DNA from: a candidate division CPR2 bacterium GW2011_GWC2_39_35
GTDB taxonomy: Bacteria; Patescibacteriota; CPR2
Length of the DNA stretch: 64,000 nucleotides
Assembly (NCBI GenBank): GCA_000995065.1
Contig: LBWX01000001.1
Location: 223,563 to 287,562, forward strand
Direction: 5' to 3'
A program made the position numbers and the translations under genes. Under the pieces are notes generated by a model that was given only the letters and a program-made list of their open reading frames with translations, was not told the origin of the DNA and searched no databases. Positions 45,544 through 53,460 of this stretch are shown here, one piece after another. The stretch's first letter is position 1; each line of letters begins with the position of its first letter.

Positions 45544-45560
45544 TCTTCAACATTTTTCCT

Positions 45561-45965
45561 TTAAATAATCGCTAACTTCTTTAAAAGCCTGATACTCGGC
45601 TCATTATGATTATATTTGCCTATTTCATCTGCCGACAGCCAAATAATTTCTTTTGCATCATCGCCCGGTTTTGCTTCTCCGCTTTGGTAATCAGCCAGAA
45701 ATCTAAGAAATATTAGCTGGGTTGGCACTCCTTTATAGTTTAAAATATCAGAGTCAAAGTCAAAAGGTTGAACATTGGTTATTTCCAAATTAGTTTCTTC
45801 TTTAATTTCTCTTTTTACTGCTTCTGTTAAATCTTCACTGGTGTCTAGTCCACCGCCAGGAATATGTAAAGTGTTTGGATATGCTCCACCTTCTTTATTT
45901 TGCTTGATAAAGAGATATTTATCATCTTTTTTAATTAAAGCGCTTACAATTATTCTTTGGTTCAC
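45561..45965 (-). CDS. NUDIX hydrolase
   Basis: Nudix box GGGLDTSEDLTEAVKREIKEETNLEI. Confidence 0.85.
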   Translation of the reverse strand: MNQRIIVSALIKKDDKYLFIKQNKEGGAYPNTLHIPGGGLDTSEDLTEAVKREIKEETNLEITNVQPFDFDSDILNYKGVPTQLIFLRFLADYQSGEAKPGDDAKEIIWLSADEIGKYNHNEPSIRLLKKLAII

Positions 45966-45974
45966 TTTACTTAT

Positions 45975-46565
45975 TCACCTCTCAACCTTCACCACTCCCC
46001 CATGTCCGGGGATTATCCAGTCGGCAAGTTCTAGAATTTTTTTGCGACTCCCTTCTAAGGCTTCCGGATTGCTGATATACGGATCATCAACGGGGGTAAA
46101 ATCTTCATACCACCAAAGGTCGCCGGCAACACACACCACACCTTTATCCGTATCAACAAGCAATGAAGCATGCTGGTCTTCTTGCCCGTGGCCCGGAGTG
46201 GCAATTCTCTTAACGCCCGGAGCAATTCCCAATTCTTTACTTTCGTCAAAACGGTGTTCGTCCGCTTTATGAAAACCTACACCATCAATTACCGTGGCAT
46301 TCTTAAAGAAAGGGATGTCTCTTGTGTGGTCTAAATGCTCATGGGTTGTAAATACGTGGGTTATGTCATCCGGGGTTAAATTGAACTTCTTTAAAGCTTG
46401 CACATACAGATCTGTTGACTTATGGGTTCCCGGATCAACAACAATATTAAATTCGCCCGATCTTACCAAAGTAGTGGTTGAGGCGTATTTGTGCAATTCT
46501 TCACTTACCTCTTGGTTGTAGCCTTTAATTAAAATGTCTACTTGCGCCATATTTAATCTCCCCAT
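45975..46565 (-). CDS. MBL-fold metallo-hydrolase
   Basis: FTTHEHLDHTRD (HxHxDH), later PGHG. Confidence 0.75.
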   Translation of the reverse strand: MGRLNMAQVDILIKGYNQEVSEELHKYASTTTLVRSGEFNIVVDPGTHKSTDLYVQALKKFNLTPDDITHVFTTHEHLDHTRDIPFFKNATVIDGVGFHKADEHRFDESKELGIAPGVKRIATPGHGQEDQHASLLVDTDKGVVCVAGDLWWYEDFTPVDDPYISNPEALEGSRKKILELADWIIPGHGGVVKVER

Positions 46566-46678
46566 TTAATACTGCCTACCCCCTCCTGTAACGATTATGA
46601 GTTTATCTTTTAGTAACACAGTAATCTCTTTTTTTATCTCCGATAATTATAATATTTTCAGCCGAAAACAAGAGATAT

Positions 46679-47275
46679 TTACAAGCCTACCTCTTCGACT
46701 ATTCCTTTCATGGAATTCAGGCAGATTTCAATAAATTTTTCCAATGGCATATTTAGACCTTCTGGGTTTTGGCACATAGCCACTTCGTCCCTTCTGGTGC
46801 CGGCGGCAAAGCTTGGCTGCTTTAGGAAACGTTTTGTTACTGATGATAGTTTGACGTCCTCTAATTTTTTGGAAGGCAAAATAAGGGCAACGGCAACAAT
46901 AAGTCCGGTAAGGCTATCGCAGCAAAAAATTGACCAATCGGCTTTAGAATCGAGCGGCTCATTAGTGTATCTGGCAGCATGGGCTTTGATAATGCTTATC
47001 ACAGCTTCCGGAGCCCCAAGGCCATATTTCTCCAGAGCTTCTTTAGTCTTATAAGGGTGTTCATCCTTAAATTCCCCGGCATAGTCAATGTCGTGTAAAA
47101 GTCCGGCCAAAAGCCAATCTTCCCTTGGGGGCTCATTTGTGTCTAACAAGCCATTGGATTCAAAATAATCATACAATCCACCCATACAGGCTTCTACCGC
47201 CAAAGAATGGTTTAAAATATTAGGCTCCAATTGTTCTTTTAAAACCTGAAGATAATTTTGACGATTGTATGCCAT
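46679..47275 (-). CDS. HD-domain phosphohydrolase
   Basis: H...HSLAV and LLHDIDY (HD motif). Confidence 0.7.
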   Translation of the reverse strand: MAYNRQNYLQVLKEQLEPNILNHSLAVEACMGGLYDYFESNGLLDTNEPPREDWLLAGLLHDIDYAGEFKDEHPYKTKEALEKYGLGAPEAVISIIKAHAARYTNEPLDSKADWSIFCCDSLTGLIVAVALILPSKKLEDVKLSSVTKRFLKQPSFAAGTRRDEVAMCQNPEGLNMPLEKFIEICLNSMKGIVEEVGL

Positions 47276-47842
47276 ATTTTCTCCTAATTATAATTGCATC
47301 AGCTGTGCCTTATTATAGCATAAATCTCATTTTATGATTTTTAAATCAAATAAATCTAGACCAAAAAAACGTACGATCATGAGCTTTTGCACTGGATATT
47401 AACCCCTAATACCTTTAAACTACAAAGAAATTATCTATAATGTTAACAAATACCCCACGATCGTGGAGTATTTTTAATGAAAAAACAGAAGTACTTTTCT
47501 TAAGCTGTCACTTGGAACCTTACCCTCACACCCCCAAAAGAATAAAAATGCCTCAAAGGGCATTTCAATTTTTCTTGGCTGCCTAAATGCACTTTCTTTC
47601 GAACTCTTTTTGGAGTGGGTTGATAGGATAAGGAAGGTGTATAAACAGCTGAATTAAGTATCACTAAATAAAAAGCGCCCAGACAAGACCATTGATTGAG
47701 ATATGATTCCTCAATATAGTCCCATCTGGGCACACTTGCATGCTGAGTATATTCTTGCTATTTCGCCTCGATTAAATCTCAAGACTATTTCTATAAAGTC
47801 GCTCCCAGAAAATCCAACAGATATGTCATCAAGGTAATACCG

Positions 47843-48256
47843 TTACAGCCCGAGTTCCTTTGCACCATTCTCTAAAGCTTTGCTTCCTATTTCTCCGGGA
47901 AGCCCAGCGAAAGAAAAGATGTAGACACCAGCCCTCACAACTCTAATAGCTGTGGTCACTGAGTCTAAGGCAGGACTATTGATGATCCGGTAAGCATCGG
48001 GATGATGCGTAAGCAGAAAAGCAACGTCTCGCACGGCCTCGTAATACCTCTCGGCGGCAACCAAAGTAACTTCGCCTATAAGCCCAGAGTACAGAGGCAG
48101 CTTTATCCTTGCGCTTTCCTCGGTGAAAACGCCTACATAACCGCCTTTATACATCGGGTCGTTAAGCTCCTCGATCGCTTTTAACAGTGATTTGAAAAGC
48201 GTTTCAATAACCACTCCAAGGTCATTATTCCCGACCGTATCCGATAGCTTTTTCAA
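47843..48256 (-). CDS. hypothetical protein in G+C-richer islet
   Basis: 137-aa ORF overlapping proB-like gene by 32 nt; no motif recognised. Confidence 0.35.
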   Translation of the reverse strand: MKKLSDTVGNNDLGVVIETLFKSLLKAIEELNDPMYKGGYVGVFTEESARIKLPLYSGLIGEVTLVAAERYYEAVRDVAFLLTHHPDAYRIINSPALDSVTTAIRVVRAGVYIFSFAGLPGEIGSKALENGAKELGL

Positions 48257-49067
48257 TTAAGTTCACCTCCTCTTGACAATAGAATTCTGTTCCGTAATGT
48301 GCTCCATTAAGAAGCAGGCCTGTAATCAAACCTGGCTTATTAATATTTAAGACGTATGCCTTTCTCTCGCCTGGTTTTGCTGAAACAAAGTCCCAACAAT
48401 ACCTTACTTTTGTCACCATTCCGCCCGTTCCAACTGCGCTGCAATCTCCAGTAGCAATGCAACGGATTTCATCTGAAAGTTCACGAACGTATGGGATCAG
48501 CTTTGCATCTGGATTGCCGTTGGGGTTATCTGTATGCAAGCCATCCACATTAGTGAATAAAGCCAGGGTACCAGCATCAATTGCTTCAGCAATCATGTAT
48601 GCCGTGTGATCGTTGCCATTGAGTTTTTCCTCAGCCTCTAATTCTTCACTCGCGACAAAATCGTTGTAGTTGAAAATCGGTATAGCGCCCATCGACCATG
48701 TCTCGAATACTGAGTCTCGAATGTCTGCCATGGCTTTAGCGGTTTTAAAGTTATCCTCGGTTACTAGGCCTTGAATAACCAATGTATTACCAAAGTGCTT
48801 TTGATAGATATTCATCAGCTTGCACTGGCCGACACCTGAAAGTACTCGTCTTTTAACTTGATCGCTAGGGATGCCCCATAAACCGACGATTTCAGCACCT
48901 ATTGATAATGCGCCAGAAGTGACAATTGCCACTCTGTAACCATTTTGCGACAGGTTCTTTACATCTTCTACGATATGGGAAATAACGTCTTCATTCACTC
49001 CTCCGGGATCAGTCAGGCCTTCGCTGCCGAATTTTAAGACAATCCTCTTATTCTTATTGCCGTTCAA
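48225..49067 (-). CDS. proB: glutamate 5-kinase-like amino-acid kinase (short form, no PUA domain)
   Basis: VGQCKLMNIYQKHF, PIFNYNDFVASEE, NGNDHTAYMIAEAIDAGTLALFTNVDGLHTDNP, GTGGMVTK; matches ProB family motifs recalled from memory. Confidence 0.65.
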   Translation of the reverse strand: MNGNKNKRIVLKFGSEGLTDPGGVNEDVISHIVEDVKNLSQNGYRVAIVTSGALSIGAEIVGLWGIPSDQVKRRVLSGVGQCKLMNIYQKHFGNTLVIQGLVTEDNFKTAKAMADIRDSVFETWSMGAIPIFNYNDFVASEELEAEEKLNGNDHTAYMIAEAIDAGTLALFTNVDGLHTDNPNGNPDAKLIPYVRELSDEIRCIATGDCSAVGTGGMVTKVRYCWDFVSAKPGERKAYVLNINKPGLITGLLLNGAHYGTEFYCQEEVNLIEKAIGYGRE

Positions 49068-49320
49068 TTATTACCCCTCCCATAACAAGAATATTTTTTA
49101 TAATGACAAGCTGCCTTCAAACGCTTAAAGGCAATTTGCCATTATAAAGCAGGGGCATTTTTTAAGGAACTGTTGACTGCTAATCATACCATAATTTTGT
49201 TGATTTGGCGAGGTTTTTGCGGAATTTTGAGTAACTGACTAAAGCCAAGAGTTCGAATCCCGTTTACCTTAACAACCATTTGAGGGTGAATTGCCTGTTT
49301 TTAAAGAAATTAATCGAACT

Positions 49321-49582
49321 CAAAAAAAGACCCATTTCAAGGTCTTTCTATATTTCAGCCGGGGTGCGTCCCTTTTAGCTGGGGAGGAGGCCGGCCTTCG
49401 GCCGATCACCCGTAGGGCGAGATTCTCACCGCAGCTCACTGCTTTTAGCTATATTATCCGAATGTTTATCAAATTCTAAGCGCTTTAGGTATCACCATTG
49501 TCATCTTGAACGTTTATCTCGGGGGTCTCACCCTCCATCCCCAAAGAAAATAAATACACCCTCTCGGGTGTCTTCATTTTCT
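49321..49582 (-). ncRNA. candidate structured G+C-rich RNA co-oriented with and immediately 3' of tRNA-Gln, ending at an intrinsic terminator
   Basis: Minus-strand read-out contains long-range pairing GGGGATGGAGG...CCTCCTCCCC, hairpins acaccc-gagag-ggtgt and ggcc-gaa-ggcc, and terminator agacc-ttgaaatg-ggtct-TTTTTTT (plus 49321-49347); G+C well above flanking DNA; no protein ORF. Confidence 0.35.
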
Positions 49583-49657
49583 TGGCTGGGGTGGTAGGAC
49601 TCGAACCTACGAATGGCGGCTCCAAAAACCGCTGCCTTACCACTTGGCTACACCCCA
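49583..49657 (-). tRNA. tRNA-Gln (anticodon UUG)
   Basis: minus-strand sequence TGGGGTG-TA-GCC..GGC-A-GCGGT-TTTTGGA-GCCGC-CATTC-GTAGG-TTCGAGT-CCTAC-CACCCCA-G-CCA; 7-bp acceptor with U1:A72, G73 discriminator (Gln identity), anticodon loop uU-UUG-GA, encoded CCA. Confidence 0.9.
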
Positions 49658-50344
49658 TTAAATATTTTTACTAATTCCTTTTATCCAGCCAGCAATCTGT
49701 CGATTAAAATTTGTACTCTTACTGACACACACTCTTATCAATCCATAATAATTTTTATTTATGTGCCTATTTGTCTTTGGCCGATGCCTTTTAAAAATCG
49801 TTTTTTCGAATTCTTCGATCGGAATATTAAGTTCGTTAGACCAATATTCTAAAGCTTTGACTTCATCAGCTGACTCATGAATATGTAATCTGCATTTTAT
49901 ATCTTTTGGTGAAATATCGCAAATTTTGGTTAGCCACATTAGAAACACTTTTAACATATCCGGATCGGAATTCCCAAAGAAAACTCTCTCGGAAACATTG
50001 TATTCTTTTTGTTTTGCGCCTTCAGCCCAATAAAGACAAACACCTATAAGCCAAAGCTCTCTTTTGCTTAAATTTCCAATTTCTTTCTGGGATCTCTCCA
50101 TGATTTCATTTGTTAACTTTATTCTTTTGTGTTTTATAGTTTCAATCGCTTTAAGATGCGCTTGCTTTCTTTTTTGGGTTAGTTTTTGTTTTTGTTTGTC
50201 AGCTAATCCAATATCTCTCAACCATAACGATAAGGACGATTTAGCAACCGGAACTTCAGCCAAGATTTCATTATAAGAATATCCTTGCTGTCTTAATTTT
50301 ATCGCTTGTAATCTTTCCTCGGTTTTAGAAATCATTTGAACCAC
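49658..50344 (-). CDS. HTH-domain protein of unknown function (possible degenerate LAGLIDADG-like/homing-endonuclease-like C-terminal part, weak)
   Basis: N-terminal HTH GYSYNEILAEVPVAKSSLSLWLRD (sigma-r4/transposase-OrfA-like); downstream LIGVCLYWAEGAK segment; stop codon abuts the 5' end of tRNA-Gln. Confidence 0.4.
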   Translation of the reverse strand: MVQMISKTEERLQAIKLRQQGYSYNEILAEVPVAKSSLSLWLRDIGLADKQKQKLTQKRKQAHLKAIETIKHKRIKLTNEIMERSQKEIGNLSKRELWLIGVCLYWAEGAKQKEYNVSERVFFGNSDPDMLKVFLMWLTKICDISPKDIKCRLHIHESADEVKALEYWSNELNIPIEEFEKTIFKRHRPKTNRHINKNYYGLIRVCVSKSTNFNRQIAGWIKGISKNI

Positions 50345-50424
50345 ATTTATCTATATAAGATTATAATATTTATGGTTCATAGCTGTCAATCCTTTTAGCT
50401 TTTTATGCTAACAGCTTGTCTATT

Positions 50425-51747
50425 TTAAAACAAAACATTGATTTTGGCAATATTTTCTTTCTTGGCAGGAAACTTGCTCATTAGCATTAGCTCATCTCGA
50501 ATAAGTCTTGGGGTCAAAAAGTATTTCGAAACGATCTGCTTTCCGGCCCTCCCCATCTTTAAGCGAAGATGAGTATCTTCTAAGATCATGGCCATTCTCT
50601 TTGCGCATTCCATCGGCGAGTCAACCAAGCATCCGTTCTTGCCGTCAACAATTTGCAGTCTGATTCCTCCAACATTTCCGCCTATAACCGGCGTTTCTTT
50701 AAACATTGCCTCCGAAACCGTAAGCCCAAATCCCTCTTTAATGGATTTTTGCAAAATAATTTGCGATATGGTTTGAAAAGCATTAACTTGCTCCTCTGTT
50801 AGATCCTTAAGAATTTTTATATCCTTTTCTGTCTTAACATAATCCTTTAACTGCCTATAAATTGCCATGCCCTCAGGATCATCCGAAGCCGCCGAACCAA
50901 CTAAAGCTAGCTGAAGTTCTGGTATCCTTTTTTTAGTTATAATATAGGCCTTAATGACTCCTAGAGGATCTTTCCAGAGATCAAAGCGCGAGACCTGAGT
51001 TACAAGAGGCCGTCTGGTATCAACCCCCAATTTTTCAACAATTTTTCTTGCTCTAAGCTCGTCCATTTTTTTATTTTTTGGTGTTAAGGGATCGATAGCC
51101 GGAGGGATAACAAACCTTTTTTTGATTGGTAAGTCTCCAGGGATAAATTCCTTTAGAGAGAAAATACCGGCATCATACTCGTCTAAAAATCTTTTTAGGT
51201 AATCCCAAACAGCTTTGTTATTTGGGCTGACATGGATATGGCAGCGCCAAATAGCATTAAAATCCTTGCCGTCATAAAAGTGCGGTATTGCTAAAGGCTG
51301 AGGATCATGGAAAAAGACAAAATCCCATTGCTCTTTTTTCGCTTTTAATAAGTGCGCATTGTAAGCATTAACTCTTTCGTATAATTTCCTAGATTCCGAG
51401 TTTAAAACTATTTTGCCATTTCCCTGAAGCGCGTTATGCATGCCTTTAGTAATATCAAAGAATTCTTTTCCCGCCTCAATAACCTGCCAAGAGACATCTA
51501 AGCCCAAGTCGTGAAGCAATGGGACCTCGGAGCGCAGAATTTCGGCAACCCCTCCCCCGTTTGAGGTTGAATTAATATGAAGAATCCGAGCGCCTTTTAG
51601 GGGCTTTGCAAGCTCAATTAATTCCGAATAAAGCTCATCGGAAATAAGCCCCTTATAACTTCTTATGGATTTCGGATAGACCCTCACTTTTCGCATAGCT
51701 AGATATTCCCTCATATTTACGTTATAGGGCAAATGCTTACGTGTCAA
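50425..51747 (-). CDS. treT: GT4 glycosyltransferase of the trehalose synthase (TreT)-like family
   Basis: LAKPLKGARILHINSTSNGGGVAEILRSEVPLLHDLGLDVSWQVI...HNALQGN N-terminal region, which I recall as highly similar to archaeal/bacterial TreT; C-terminal GT4 E-x7-E region (EGFGLTVSEAMFKETPVIGGNVGG); likely start at internal ATG (~51714). Confidence 0.65.
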   Translation of the reverse strand: MTRKHLPYNVNMREYLAMRKVRVYPKSIRSYKGLISDELYSELIELAKPLKGARILHINSTSNGGGVAEILRSEVPLLHDLGLDVSWQVIEAGKEFFDITKGMHNALQGNGKIVLNSESRKLYERVNAYNAHLLKAKKEQWDFVFFHDPQPLAIPHFYDGKDFNAIWRCHIHVSPNNKAVWDYLKRFLDEYDAGIFSLKEFIPGDLPIKKRFVIPPAIDPLTPKNKKMDELRARKIVEKLGVDTRRPLVTQVSRFDLWKDPLGVIKAYIITKKRIPELQLALVGSAASDDPEGMAIYRQLKDYVKTEKDIKILKDLTEEQVNAFQTISQIILQKSIKEGFGLTVSEAMFKETPVIGGNVGGIRLQIVDGKNGCLVDSPMECAKRMAMILEDTHLRLKMGRAGKQIVSKYFLTPRLIRDELMLMSKFPAKKENIAKINVLF

Positions 51748-51906
51748 GAATCAACTCTAACACAACCGAAACCGACGAATGAAGAATTAGGAATTAAGTA
51801 TTAAGTGTTTGGAATATTGAATATAGAATAAAGTGCGAGAGTTGCTAAATTTTTTTGTTCTGTATTCCTATGCTTTATTCTTTATACATTATTCTTGATT
51901 CTGTTT

Positions 51907-53343
51907 TTAACCCTTGATTTTCTTCCACCTTACCCCCTTAGAGGTGTCTTCCAGCTCTATTCCGTGACGCAATAGCTCATCTCTGATCCTATCCGCTGTT
52001 TCCCAATCTTTTCTCCTTCTTGCATCTTCTCTTTCTAGGATCAGCTCGTCTAAGAATTCCGGCAAATCCTTGGAAGAAGGTCTTATCTTATCTAATCTTA
52101 GCTGCAAAACCTCATCCAAGTCGTACAGAAATGCCAGAATTGATTCCGACTGAGTTGTGTTAAGCTGAGTAAAAATTTTATTCACTTCTTTTATAAGCCC
52201 AAATATTTTTGACAAAGCAAGCGGCGTATTAAAATCATCATCCATCGACTGAATAAAATCTTCTCTCGTTTTAAGCGTTATTCCGCTAACATCTAAATTA
52301 TTAGGCTTGTCAGAGTCTACCAACTGTAATCTAGCCATAAAATCGTGCAATCCTTCAATCGAATTCTGACTTTCTTCAAACATTTTTTCATTAAAATCTA
52401 TTGTAGATCGATAGTGAGATTTTAATATCGCATATCTTATCACTTCCGGATCATGTTTTTGAAGTAATTCTCTTACTGTTGTAAAATTTCCTTTTGATTT
52501 ACTCATCTTTTCGCCACCAATATTGACCAAATTATAAAGCACCCAGTAATTAGCCATTGGCTTTCCAGTATAGGCCTCTGATTGAGCTTTCTCGTCTTCG
52601 TTGTGAGGAAAAATATTGTCTATTCCTCCACCGTGGATATCAAAAGTATCCCCAAGGTACTTGTAACTCATAACCGAACATTCGATATGCCAACCGGGGT
52701 AACCCAAACTCCAGGGGCTTTCCCATTTTAAAATGTGTTCTGGCTCTGCCTTTATCCACAAAGCAAAATCGGCCGGGTTTTGCTTCTCTTCTCGTATCTC
52801 GACTCTTGCTCCCGCTTCCATCTCTTCTAGTTTCCTGCCGGATAATTTGCCGTAATCCTTAAACTTTGCGACATCAAAATAGACCGATCCGTTAACCTCG
52901 TAAGCATACTTTTTTTGAATTAAAACTTTAACAAACTCTATTATCTCTTCTATGTGCTGACTGGGACGAGGAGCGATAGTTGCATCTTTTACCTGAAGCG
53001 CCCTAAAGTCCTCATAATAAGCATTAATATACTGATCGACTAACTCCATTGGATCGACTTTAGTTTCTTTGGCTCTCTTTTCGATCTTGTCTTCCCCCTC
53101 ATCTGCGTCGTCCGTTAAATGTCCGACATCCGTAAAATTCTGCACATAAGTAACTGCGTAGCCTCGCCATTCTAAATAACGCCTGATAACGTCCATCGAA
53201 ACATAACCTTTGGCATGACCTAAATGCGAATAATCGTAAACCGTTGGACCGCACACATACATCTTAATCTTCGTATCCTCAATCGGTTTAAATTCTTCCT
53301 TTGTCTTAGAAAGCGTATTGTAGATTTTCATGCCATTCTCCAT
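51907..53343 (-). CDS. cysS: cysteinyl-tRNA synthetase
   Basis: class I HIGH (HLGHA) and KMSKS (KMSKSKGN) motifs, CysRS-type Zn-binding Cys (YVCGPT...); likely start MKIYNTLS. Confidence 0.92.
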   Translation of the reverse strand: MENGMKIYNTLSKTKEEFKPIEDTKIKMYVCGPTVYDYSHLGHAKGYVSMDVIRRYLEWRGYAVTYVQNFTDVGHLTDDADEGEDKIEKRAKETKVDPMELVDQYINAYYEDFRALQVKDATIAPRPSQHIEEIIEFVKVLIQKKYAYEVNGSVYFDVAKFKDYGKLSGRKLEEMEAGARVEIREEKQNPADFALWIKAEPEHILKWESPWSLGYPGWHIECSVMSYKYLGDTFDIHGGGIDNIFPHNEDEKAQSEAYTGKPMANYWVLYNLVNIGGEKMSKSKGNFTTVRELLQKHDPEVIRYAILKSHYRSTIDFNEKMFEESQNSIEGLHDFMARLQLVDSDKPNNLDVSGITLKTREDFIQSMDDDFNTPLALSKIFGLIKEVNKIFTQLNTTQSESILAFLYDLDEVLQLRLDKIRPSSKDLPEFLDELILEREDARRRKDWETADRIRDELLRHGIELEDTSKGVRWKKIKG

Positions 53344-53460
53344 TTATTATAAATTTAAAAACTGCTCTCCTTTAAAAAACAAAATACAATCTTTTTAAGA
53401 GTTACAAATTTAGTAGTTTTTGTCAATGTAAAAAGTAATCCCTAAAGCTATATTTAAAAC

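Noticed and set aside
45775-47054. Plus-strand ORFs 45775..46272, 46294..46521, 46710..47054
   Set aside because: - They are antisense to the Nudix, MBL and HD genes, which carry clear catalytic motifs.
47500-47733. 77-aa ORF on minus strand in the 47276-47842 spacer
   Set aside because: - No RBS, and the translation is low-complexity.
- The region is more likely 5' UTR or promoter of the HD gene, or a non-coding RNA.
49240-49275. GAGTTCGAATCCC resembling a tRNA T-loop
   Set aside because: - Flanking bases cannot form a T-stem (AAGAG vs CCCGT) or an acceptor stem, and there is no CCA or D-arm.
- It is just a TTCGAA palindrome, not a tRNA or tRNA-derived attachment-site remnant that I can defend.
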